Of a DNA stretch of 64,000 bases, positions 13,274 to 24,303 are shown one piece after another; position 1 is the stretch's first letter, and each line of letters begins with the position of its first letter. The DNA is from Vitrella brassicaformis CCMP3155. Lineage: Eukaryota; Protista; Chromerida. Below the pieces are notes generated by a model. The model was not told the origin of the DNA. It did no database searches and saw only the letters and a list, made by a program, of their open reading frames with translations. The stretch spans positions 62,001-126,000 of the forward strand of contig CDMY01000312.1 of the NCBI GenBank assembly GCA_001179505.1, read 5' to 3'. A program made the position numbers and the translations under genes.

Positions 13274-13719
13274 CCGTCCGTCCGTCCGTCCGTCTGTCTG
13301 TCTGTCTGTCTGTCCAAGCGTACCAGGTGCAGTGGTGTCCTCCCGATTCGCTCCCTGGCTTCGATGGCTGCCCCGAGGGTGATGAACAGATGTGCCAGAT
13401 CAGCCGAGCCCGCCTTGGCAGCCAAGTGCAGACACGTCTTGAGCGTCTGACAGACACATATATACAACCGCACACAAACAAAACAATACATATCTTCCTC
13501 GGCAAACGTGATTGTCGCTTCCCATCCCCCTTTGCATGTTGTCAGACTGACTTGATCAGTGGCTTGCATGTAGGGTGCGGGATCCTCTCTCTCGAAGCAC
13601 CGCTGCACAGCTTCATATTGGCAAGTGGTCACGGAGTGAAAGAAGTCGTTGAAGGCGTCGGGCGAGGGCGGACGGCCGCTGCCATGGGTAGAAGGGCGAG
13701 TGAACCGGTTGTCCATCAT
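4857..13719 (-). CDS. Very large ankyrin-repeat + coiled-coil + six tandem C2-domain protein (no C-terminal TM); many exons; N-gap at 5719-6018
   Basis: Ankyrin motifs (LKTCLHLAAKAG, GRTPLHL..ACEYGHEKAVECLLHAGANLEARD, GADVNARDLYGRTPLHYACE). Heptad-rich region at ~10.5-11.6 kb. Six C2 units with A..LRAAD...SDPY/FC(K/R), W.T..(I/V)...L.P.W, EVWDSD..KDxFLG. Ends ...GEIVLGFSWQQ* at 4857. Joining the two halves needs a GC-AG intron at 10357-10424. Confidence 0.8.
5719..6018. other. Assembly gap (300 N); identical 300-N gaps at 41874-42173, 44342-44641, 52724-53023, 54354-54653 and 56000-56299
   Basis: Runs of exactly 300 N, several beside G/C homopolymers; a placeholder size, so true lengths are unknown. 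Confidence 0.97.
13225..13312. repeat. Intronic compound microsatellite (GTCT)n/(GTCC)n, representative of (GT)n, (GA)n and (GGAT)n tracts in most introns of the window
   Basis: Directly visible tetranucleotide runs; similar tracts at e.g. 24625-24660, 36430-36455 and 49260-49300. Confidence 0.9.
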
Positions 13720-14078
13720 CTGACCAGTGACCACACAAGATACGAAGCGTTGTCAAGACATGTCAGTGGGCCTTTGTGTGCCTCTTGCCTTCGTCGCTTG
13801 TGTGTCAGAAGGTGGCGGCGCTGCGATGATGGGGGCCACGATGGGGGCCAGTCTGCATGCGACACCGTGACGGACTCGGAGGACGTGTGTCAGAAAGGAA
13901 AGCGCAAATCGAGCATCTCTCCAAGGTGGTGAGAGTGCTGGCTCGTAAGGGCTCTTGCTTGCAGCGCTTTGCAATGATTCCAAGTGCCGCCACTCGTGAC
14001 CTCGATTTTGCTCGCTGACGCGGTGGCTGATCCCTATCTCCCTATTGTCCGGCTAGGCGCGACGGGTCCAGCTATACC

Positions 14079-14992
14079 ATGCCACCCGTGGTGAAGCCCC
14101 AGCCGCCGAAGGTTGAATCCAGCCAACACGATGGGTGGCAGGAGAGAATCGATGAACGGCTCTCTCGGCTGGAGCTCAAGGTGGACTTCACCATGGACGC
14201 CCTCATCAAGTCGTTCAAAGAGCATCTTTTTCGCCACGATTGCCACATGGCGGAGAACAAACACGCCACTGAGAGCCTGAAGGAAGCCATGATCAAGAAG
14301 GCCAAGGAGGTGCGGGCGGAGATTGCTGGCGTGAAAGAGGCGCTGGGTGGCGTCCAGTCTGTGCAGGAGAGGCATGCAAATCAGTTCAAGGGGGGCAAGA
14401 AGGTCCACGACGAGCTGAAAGCCGATGTCAGAGGGTTAAAGGCGCTCGTCGAGGAAGTCTCGTCAAGGCAGGCTGCAGAAGAGGATGCTCGGAGGAGAGA
14501 CACTAGAAGGCCTTCTCCGCCTCCTGTGCCACCTCTCCCCATGTCCGCCATCGGGGAGCACACGACGCGAGAGAGAAAAGGGTCAGTCAAGCACCGACGC
14601 GGAGAGACACACTGGCATTGTCCGATGGACGTCTGTGTCTCCCTTGTCTGTCAACCAGTTCCGAAGCGCCTCCCTTCCCGTCCCTGCCTCCCGTCTGCCC
14701 CTCCCTGGCCCGCACACACCTGACGCAGAACCACTCATCCAATGTCAACACGTCGGCGCTAACAACATGGAGGGCTCTCACACCAAGGCCCGAGCGGGTG
14801 TCGGTGCTGCCAGCTCCGGCAGCCGTGAAGCATGGCGTTGATGCGGCGGGGAGAATCGTGATTGACGTGGTGGCAGCCCCGATGAGTGCCCGGGGGATAA
14901 ACGAGGTGCAGAAAGCTCACGCATACTTAGCCCAAAGGTATCGCCGTGCGGTATCGGGCAGTGAGGCTGAGGGGGATTGTGTGTTCATGTGA
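14079..14992 (+). CDS. Hypothetical coiled-coil protein, probably 2 exons
   Basis: ORF MPPVVKPQ...LKEAMIKKAKEVRAEIAGVKEAL... with coding-like codon usage, followed after a probable intron by ...SGSEAEGDCVFM*. Confidence 0.55.
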
Positions 14993-15383
14993 GAGAGCTT
15001 ATGTGCGTACGTATGTATTTGACGATTCATTCGCTTGCAAAGCGAATAGAAGAAGGTGATGAATGCTTTCTGTCTTGTTGCTTCATTGCCTGCAGCGGGT
15101 GGAGCCTGTGACTGATGCCTCGATAAGCTATACGCAGACACGACACTACCGAGTTGCATGTCTCATCGATTCGTTCATCTATCCATCGAGTCCGTAGCTA
15201 GTCCTGTCTGGCTTCCCTCTCATCGCCAGCCATGCTAGATGACTTCGTCATTCATATGTGTCTAGCATCCATCGGCCTCCTCTCACAAAGACATCTGGCA
15301 ACGACCGGGTAATGGGGATTCCCTTCGATCGAGAAATGCCCCCCAGTGTTTTCGACACTCTTACATATGGCCTCTTCCTCCCC

Positions 15384-17725
15384 CTAGTCGCGTCGGAATA
15401 TCAAGGTGAAGTGAGGGCAGAAGTCATGTGGCCCCATCCTGCCATATTTGTCTCGGTCGATGGCCACCAGCATCAACAGCGCGAAGTAGCTGATGGGCGA
15501 TAGCCAGTTCATAACCAAGGCGCACACAAATCCCCACAGCCGCCTCCTCACCGCAGTGGGCTCCTTCTCGCTCGACAGTAAGGGCAGGTTCGTCACGCGA
15601 ACTAGAAACTGAAGACAGGGAGACAGAGGCCTTTGTCTGTGAGCCATCTGTTTTCTGCACCAGAAAGAGGCCGCACTCGAGAGTGGCCTCGATTGCGATG
15701 AGGACGAGCATGCCACCGAGCCTCTCGGCTAACCGCTGGGCCGATGGGTGCAACACGTGGTCGAAGGCCAAATGTGAGAGGTTTGTGAAGACCAATGTCG
15801 TGAACTCGGCCAAAGTGTAGACGTGCACCTGCTGAGAGAAGGAGATAGACACATAGAGACACGACATAGACAACGCCGGTGTACGCGCCTTCTTCTTTGT
15901 TACGTCGCTGATGCATCTGAGTATGCGTGGCGACGCGTGGTGGGCCACAAAAGTCGTCTGGACGTCCAGGAAGGTGCTCAGAGACCGCAGGGACGACCGG
16001 CTGAAGGCGGTGCGAAAGCGGTCCACAGACGTGAAGCTGATCATGGTCGACAGGCTGCTCGTCGGCCGGGCCAGGCGCCTCTCTCGCTTGTCTGCTGTCG
16101 CATCATTGCCTTTTGGCGTTGTAACCCCACGCGACTGCCGCTTGGGGGCGTCGATGCTGTCGAACTCGTTGCATTGGTCTGGTGGGCGCTTGCCTGTGTT
16201 GTCAGTGTGCCAGTAGGGTCCAATCGTCTGCATCAGTCGTCTGCGCGCAGCCATGCCCAGAATGGCACCTGACAGACACAAGGGCCGCCGCAATGTGTCG
16301 CTCTTTGTGTCGGTGCGCTCTTGGCCGCTAACTGAAAGGGATTGCCATGTCTGAGAGACACACATCGGCAGATTACAGTACTAATCATGGTCTCGTACAT
16401 TCCCATTCAGTTTTCTCTTCACCTGTGAAGAAGTCGAAGAGGCCAAAGATGAGGGAGTTGAGCATCTGCACTTGCAGTGTGTCCATTTTGGCTTGCAGCA
16501 TCCGGGGCAGCAACTACGTGAACCAAATACGCACAGACGATGAACGAGGCAGCGAACGAGACGGGCAGCATGGCATGCATGCGAGACCAGGTAGGCGAGA
16601 GATACAAAGGAGAGGCCGGGGACAAAATGCAAAAGCGGCCCATCCTGCAATTTGTAAACAGAGAGAGACACCATGCGTTTGCTGGCTGGCTTCTTGCTCG
16701 CTCACTACTGACTTTCACTGATCGTGCGGTGGCCGTCACGAGTGCCACAAGGGGCCAACCCGCCATGAGGGTCATCATCGCCACGCGGGTCCTCTCCCCG
16801 TCGGTTGTCGCAACTATCGCCAGAGGCAGGAAGTTGACACTCCACACCAGTCCTACACTGCAGCAGATCGCCCAGATGAAGGTCATTTGGAGGGCGTACA
16901 CCCGTTTCCGTCTCACGGTCTTCATGTCCCTGCCACAGCTGCGGAAGAACAGGTAAGGGGTGATGAACAGGTAGAAGGGCACCGACGGGTACAGAAACAC
17001 GGCGTGCTGCACCAGAGCCGACCATCCTGCGTGGTGGGCGATGCTGCATCCGAGAGAGGTATAGAAAATGGGCAGGAAGTACACCCAGGTCTTCCGGAAC
17101 CGTCGCCACGACGCGCGCAGATCGCTCTCCACCATCATGGTGAGACACCCGATGTTGCCAAAGGTGATCAAAAGCCGCCGAATGACGTCCAGGATGGCCC
17201 ACGGCACCGTCACAGCTCGGTCCTCACAGGCCCGCCAGTAGCCCACATACACGGCCGCCCCGACAGCACCAATCACGGCTGCGAAGCCCAGCTGCCGCAA
17301 GATAACACGGGCAGCCTCCTCATCGTGCGGGAGAAGGGCTCGGGGGTGAACCGGGCCACCAGCACCTCCACGTCCCCCCTCCGCTCATAGCATATCGTGG
17401 TCTCGAACTCCTGATATGACGCGTGGGGGTAGCCGGCGGCCTCCCGAAACTCCGCCACCTGCGCGATGAGTGCCTTCTCCTCTGCCAACATTGCCCTCTG
17501 ACGCCTGCCGGTCTGGTGCACCTCTTCGTCTCCCACGTCATCGCAGCTGATCTCTGCGCACTGCCCCACAGCCTCGATGGTGTACTGCTGCTGCTGGCCT
17601 CTGCTTTTGCTGCTCTTGCTCTCCTCTTGGGGCTGTGATTCTGCGGCTGTGACGACGTCGTTGGCCGGTGGCGATGACGGCGGCAGTTCCCCAATCTCCA
17701 CCGCGACTTGCTTCTCCGTCGTCAT
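15384..17725 (-). CDS. Hypothetical multi-pass membrane protein with acidic N-terminal region; apparent frame discontinuity at ~17300-17385
   Basis: Several hydrophobic segments (LGFAAVIGAVGAAVYVGY; VFLYPSVPFYLFITPYLFF; TFIWAICCSVGLVWSVNFLPLAIV; LWGFVCALVMNWLSPISYFALLMLVAI). The N-terminal ORF (MTTEKQVAVEIG) is in a different frame from the TM ORF. Confidence 0.6.
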
Positions 17726-17867
17726 CGGAGGGAAGGGAGAAATTGAACGTTGGGCAAACGGTCGGGGTGCAAGCTCAGATCTCTTGAGCGTGATGAATGC
17801 CCTACAATGTCCGCCCGGCCCAGTGAATCTCACCTTGATCTGATCTGATCTCTCTGATCTTCCCTCC

Positions 17868-20671
17868 ATGAGTGCCGCGCTTGCTGCCCCTCCGCCTTTA
17901 TCGCAGGAGCCGCCGACAGCTCAGCAGCCCTTTGTATCGCTGCCTTCCCATCCCCCTCCCCAGCAAACTTCCGAGTCACCCAACAGCTTGCTGCTGCCGC
18001 GCTATCAGTGTGACGATGAGATCTCCTCGACGCACGTGAGGTTTAAGGGTGCCGTGTCAGCCATCACTTGTACGAGCGCACGCACACAGGACACCGACAT
18101 GTGCATGTGAGCGTAGCGGTCAAAGATCTTGTGCTTGCTGCGCTGCACGTGTGTGTGCAGGTACAGACCACTATGTGGTGACGGGCGACATGGCGGGAGT
18201 CATCTGCCTCTGGTGTGTGGTGTGAAGGGGAATGGACGCACTCTCACCTGCAAGCACAACACTCATCTCTCTCTCCTGTCTGCAGGCTGACCACGACTGT
18301 CTCATCTGATGGCGCCCTCCCTGCTGGCTCACTGGGGTCCTCCCCCATCCGCCCGTTCAAGCAGCTGCTCCCCCCTCACGCCTACCCCATCACACAACTG
18401 GCCGCCACGTCCGACCAGATGTACCTGGTGTCCCTCGACCAGTCGGGCCTCATGCGCACCACCGCGCTGCCGGCGCCGGATGAGGAGCAGCAGATGGACG
18501 ATGGTGGTGGTGGCAATGGCGAGAACGAGTGGGACAGGCCTCCGCCGCTGGCTGAGAGGGCGACTGAGGGGTTCTGCATGTGCATGGCCGATGACGACCG
18601 ATCGGTGGTGATAAGGGAGGGAGGGCGGGAAATAGATAGACGTGGGTGTACTCCCTGCCTGATGCGCATACACTTGTCCGTCCGTGTGTGTACGTGACGT
18701 CATTGCGTCAGATCCTCGGCGGCTACCTGGGGGAGCTGACGGTGTATCCCATCGAGAAGGGCGACCAAAGGCTGAAGGTCTCCGGTGAGTGAGTGAATGG
18801 ACGACAGACACAGGCCAGGCCGCCCCGCCACCAGCATCAACCAACAGTGGCGACGCGCTTGTGTGTGTTGTGTTGGCTGTGCCTGATGCATTTCGTCAGT
18901 CCCTCTGCGGACGGGCATGATCACGTGTTTGTCCACAAGCTTCGAAAAGCGCAAGAGGCAGCAGGAAGTGGTCGCCAACACCAGGGTGAGGAAATGGACC
19001 CAAGCAATACGCACAAACATCCCCATGAGCTCTCGTGTGTATGTCTGTGTGTCCTGCCCTGTCAGAGGTTCGAGTCAAGTGAGCAGACAGAAGACACTGC
19101 CAACCAACCGCACAGAGAGCCCAGCCAGCCCACTCACTGATGTATGTGCATTCTTCTCGTGTGTTCGGTCCAGTGGTCGCTTATGGCAGCGAAGAGGGCC
19201 TGGTGAGTGAGTTGATCATGAAACGACGAAAGAGGCCAAAGAAAGAAGGCCGGCCACTTGTGTCTGCCTGCGTCCCGTCGAACAGATCGGCCTTCTGCGC
19301 CTCATGACGCACCGTGACGGCACGCCATACCAGTACACCCCTCTATGCGACCCACAGAAACGTAAGTAAGAATGGCTCCTGCAACCAACCCACAACCCAT
19401 GAATGGCGCTATCTGCCCGCCCACATGTGTGGCATCTGTGCAGCCTTCCATCATCCGATTCGTTCCGTATCGCTGTTTAAGGCCCATCCGGCGGCTGGGG
19501 GGGCCCGGCACATGCTGGCGGCGAGCGACAGCGAGTACGCTGTCTTCCGTCTCGACACGAGGAGGCCCGCACCGGGGGTGGCCGTCGCCGCTGCGTACGA
19601 CATCAGGCAGGTAGGCAACTAACTTCCCGGACCAGACAGACACCCACACCCCGACGGATGCGTGTATGTGTCTGTGTATGTGTCTGTGTATGTATGTGTA
19701 GGTGTCTCTGACCAATGTGTCTCACGGCTGGGTGACGCAGCTGCAAATCCACCCGACGCTGCCGGGCCTGGCATTCGTGACGGCGAGCACTGATGGCCTG
19801 GTGGGCTGGGAACCGCGGAGAGAGGGGGCAGTGAGTGAGCTCGTAGAGGCAGGCAGACACTTCGTGTGAGTGAGTGTGCAGGTGCGTGTGTGGCGTCGGC
19901 TGGACAACCGGTCGAGTCGATATGAGGGAGAGGTGCTCGGGAGGGGCAACAACGCAGCCTGGCATCCAACAGGTACCTACCGACACCACACGCTGCACTG
20001 TGGGCTCACTACCTGCCCACCCACCCACCTCTGTCGGGTATCTATCTTACCTTACCTGCAGGCATGTTCATCGCCGTGTCTGACGACGTGAGCGCGCCGC
20101 ACGGCCCATACACACATGCGGTCTCCCTGGTCAGACTGTATGGGCAGGACGGTAAGTGCGCCACACCACACACACACGCCCACCACACACCGTGTCGTGT
20201 TCTCGCTTCACGTACCTGCCTGTCTGGCTGTCTGTCCTGCCCGCATTCCATTCAGGTGTGAGCGCGACGTTTATCGACTCCCGTGCCGAGCAGGAGGCCA
20301 GGGAGCGGCAGCAGGCTGAGATGATGGCCGCGCAGCAGAGGGCTGAGGAGGAGGATCAGGAGGAGGGCGAGGATGTGGACCTCGACGAAGAGGGAGAGGG
20401 AGAGGGAGAGGGGGAGGCTGCTGAAGTGGAAGATCAGGAGAATGGCGAGATGGCGGGTGGTGATGAGGAGGGACACACACACATGCAGGCCGACAACGAA
20501 GGTGAGGGTGATGGTGGGGGTGAGGGTGGCGATGCAGAGGGCCTCTTCGACGACGAGCTGGAGGAGGGGGCGGGGGCGGGGGCGGCGATGGACAAAAAAG
20601 GCAAGGAGGGGTATCATGATGACCACCATAGTCACGAGCAGTGGCAGGACGCACAGATGACGATGGACTGA
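17868..20671 (+). CDS. WD40/beta-propeller-like protein with long acidic (E/D/G) C-terminal tail
   Basis: WD-like blades (HAYPITQLAATSDQMYLVSLDQSG; VTQLQIHPTLPGLAFVTASTDG..VRVW; AAWHPTGMFIAV). Terminal exon EEEDQEEGEDVDLDEEGEG...MTMD*. Confidence 0.6.
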
Positions 20672-21154
20672 CTGACTGACTGGATCACGGCTAAGGGCGG
20701 GCGGAGTCGCAGTTGTTAGTGCTTCTGATGGTGCGTTAAAGGTACCGCGCGGTAGACACCGTACGTGTGTGCCAGTGACGTCCTGCTCGAGGGAGGCTCT
20801 AACAAGTGTGACCCCGCAAACGCCCTCTCTGCAATTGTTGCGTTGAATACTAGATGTGACGATGAGCGAATGGGGGTGGCCGGAGTGGTCCTCAGCAACT
20901 AATGGTGACAAATTTGACACGAGAACCCAACGAAGCGAGTCAGTCAGTGGTCAGCATCACGGACATAGACATCACACTCATGCAGACTATACCACAAGGA
21001 CACACACACACACACACATCCATCCATCCATGTCGTCGGCTGGCTGACCCGCAGGCTGCGGCTAAGTCGATAGAAGAGCGCCTTGTCTGCTGACAGACCG
21101 GCGCGGCGAAAGTGTCTCAACAACCAAGGTATGCCCCTCCTCCTAACCACCCCG

Positions 21155-23891
21155 CTAAGCCGAGTGCCGGGACTGGCCGCCCCCACTCTGCCGCTGGTCT
21201 CTCTCATCGTCCGTACGACTCTTACCATCCCTCGGTGGTCTGTTCCTCTTGGCCCCTCCCCGCTGCCCCCTCTCCCTTTGTGTCGCTCCTTCATGCTGGC
21301 TGCATGGCGAGGCCTTCCTCCTCCGACCATCGGCCGAACCATCTTCTCTTCCGGGCGGCTTCCTGTGTGGGGCGTTAAGGATGCGGCGCGACCGAATCGA
21401 CGACAGCGGCCGACTCGCCTGGGGTGGGACCTGCTGCTGCTGGTGCTGGTGGCCGTCAGTATCGCTGAGACACACGCTTGCCGCCTCCTCCTGCTCGACG
21501 GGCGGCCGTGTGGTGCTGCTCGTCGCCACATACACCGCACGATGCTCTCCCTTGGCCCCACCGGCGCCCCTTCTCTCTGTGAGGCCTCGCGGGTCGGCCG
21601 TGCAGCCGCTGGTTGGGTGTGTGTGGGGGGGGAGGGAGACGGGAGGGGCTGGCCGATATACCGGGGGCGAGTGATGATGCGGCGGCATGGGGGGAGGCAG
21701 CAAAGGGGGAGGGGGCGGGGGTAGGGCATCACTCTCGGCATAGTGGGGGTCGAGGAAGCCTCCCATCCGCAGCGATGTGCCGAGAGCCGCACCCAGGGCC
21801 CCCGCATGGGCGATGGCCGAGGCCGAATCACAGTGCGATGGACGGCTGACCGGTGGGGGGACTGTGGCTGGGACGCATCGCATCGGCTGAGAAGCCATGC
21901 TCCAATCTCCACACATGGATGGCCCGTCTTCCCACGCCGCAGAAGGGGCGAAGAACGCGCCATTGTCCTGGTGCACCCAGCCCTGCTGCAGCTGCACCGA
22001 CCGCAGTCGTGTTGGTGGCGGCCCACAGAGAGGGGGCGGTGGTGGTGGTGGTGGGGGCGGCACTGGCTGCCGCATCGGGGGAGGCGATGGCCTTCTCCCC
22101 TTCTGCTGCCCTTCCCACCTCCTCGGCCGTATCCTCGCACCCTGACGCGGCGCTGGGCCAGGTGCCTCTGTCTCCCTCTCACTGTGCAGCGACGCCGAGC
22201 GCACGAGCATGGGGAGGGCGGCCTGCTCTGTCGTGGACGGATTGGGGCACAGCAGCACGTCCACATTCGAGTTGACGGAGAGGGTGCGGTGCCAGTCGAG
22301 GTAGAGGTAGGGGCGAGAAGGGGGGGCGGTGGGTGGCGAGAGGGGCTGGATCTCGCACAGGACGCCCTCGTGGATGCGTGTGACGATACTGCAAAAGACA
22401 GGCAGGCAGGCAGGCAGGTTTGTGGTGAGTGAGTGAGCTGCCGTCCGTGGCATTCATTGATATTCCTGCCTTTGTCTCCCACCCTTTGGTGGCGCTTGCG
22501 CGATTCTTGAGGCTGACATGCTTCTTGACGCTGTCGAGTGGCGGTGGAGGGTACAAACTGCACATACAAACGACAAAGCCGGTCATTGTTTGTACCATCC
22601 ATCCAGGTGCCAAAAGATGTACCTCTCGAGCAGCGTCCGCAGCTCCACGCTGACGCATTCGTCATCGCCTTCGCCATCCCCCTGCTGCTGCTCTGCCTGG
22701 CCGTGGTTGCCATCTGATGTAGCCCCTAATGTCCCCGGCGGCAGCCGACTTGGCGGCAGCGGGAGACCTGCGGCACAGGCGGATCGAGAGAAATGGCTTC
22801 ACCCCCATGGCCACACTCAGTGTGCTCCTCACCTAGCCTTCGTGCCAGAAAGCAATACAGGCGATTCCTGCAAACACACACGCCAGGCAGCCCCTTCGCT
22901 GCTGACAACGCCCTCTTGTGTTTTGTCCTTTTGTTCACTCACCATAGGCGGAGGATAGCCTCTTCTCGTGGACTCAGAGACCCCATCAAAGCGGTGGTAT
23001 CGCTGTCGCCCTCAGGGCTCGATGACGAAGCCGCACAAACTGGAAGCTGATCAGGGGACTCAGAAGAAGACGACTCACAAACACTCCCACAGTTTCTGAG
23101 TGGAATGAAGAGCCAAGAGCGCCATGTTTCGTGAATGTGTGCATTCCCAGTGTCTGTCGGCTTTACTTGATGAGTCCAGTGCTGCACGCAGGGCAGAATG
23201 CAATGGTGCCATGGCGCAGCGTCACGGGCTTCCACTTGCGCCGGCACAGCACGTTGCAGCACACACGGTACCCCCTCCCCCCACTCCCCCCACTCCCCCC
23301 TGGCCCCCTGCCCTCCCCAGCACAGTGATCACTGCTCGCGGCCTCTGCTGCTGGTGCTGGTGCTGCTGCTGCTGCTGCTGCTGCTTGGCTACACAGCCAC
23401 CGGCGATATGTGGATGTGCCGCTCATGCGAGGAGGGGTGGAGGGCCCGCTGACGGCCTCCTCCTCCCCTGGCTGACGGTGGTTTCCCTGCTGCTCGCGTG
23501 GCTTCTTGCCGCGACACGCCGGGCAGCGGTATGGCTTCCCAAATCGCACCAAATCGGCCACATCGAAGTCCCGATCGTCCTCAGGCGGGATGCAACGACA
23601 TGCCGTGCACGCCAAGGTCTCCAGAAACACCAACCTCAGCCCGCCCTCCACACTGGCCACGATTGCAGGGTGGCCGCCCACGTCCAGCCGCAGGCCGGGC
23701 TGCAGCGGGAGGCTGACGCCGCCACCTGTGCCCATCAGGCCGTTGCGGGCGGTGCCGTTGACGCTCACCTTTCCCTGGCGGCTGCTGCTGCTGCTGCAAT
23801 GACGGCCGGACTCCTCTCGGCTGACCGGCGGATGGCACATGTTTGTGGAAGGCGCGTTGATGGCTGCTGGGTCGTCAGCTGATGGCTCCAT
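21155..23891 (-). CDS. Hypothetical Pro-rich protein with CxxC zinc-ribbon-like pairs and a possible degenerate KH GxxG loop
   Basis: CTAC...CPAC and CCNVLC...CPAC in the first large exon; RVGDKGRNINE segment; long Pro-rich last exon ending RHSA* at 21155. Start uncertain. Confidence 0.5.
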
Positions 23892-24303
23892 TAGGTTGCG
23901 GGGAGGGATGGGGAGGTATTGGGATGGCTGGGATGGGCATACACCATGATGGAACAACTCTCCTTCCTTCAGATGACGGCTGAACTGTTACACATGAGAT
24001 GAAAGGATAAAAGCCACAATTGATGCATGCCGTTGAAGGATGGATGGATGCCGAGGGAGAGAACTTGCTCGACCGCTCTTGATGCCTCGATTCGATGAGT
24101 ATAGCTCTATCGCCGATGCACTATGGACTCCACGACAGACGCCTCGCCATCACCATGTCACCAGTCGTCTCTTGGAAACCGTCTTGCGATGTGGCTGCCC
24201 TCCCTCCGGCTGCATTCCTCGCTGCATTCAACGCTGCGCATTCCTGATTGTTTACAGATCACCCCTGGAGCTCGCGCGGCAAAGATCTTGGCTCTTGACC
24301 GCC

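Noticed and set aside
11658-13382. 574-aa + strand ORF (and similar long ORFs such as 20944-22713 and 23124-23882)
   Set aside because: These are antisense or alternative-frame shadows of real spliced genes running through microsatellite introns (CVCVCV, THTH translations); high GC suppresses stops.
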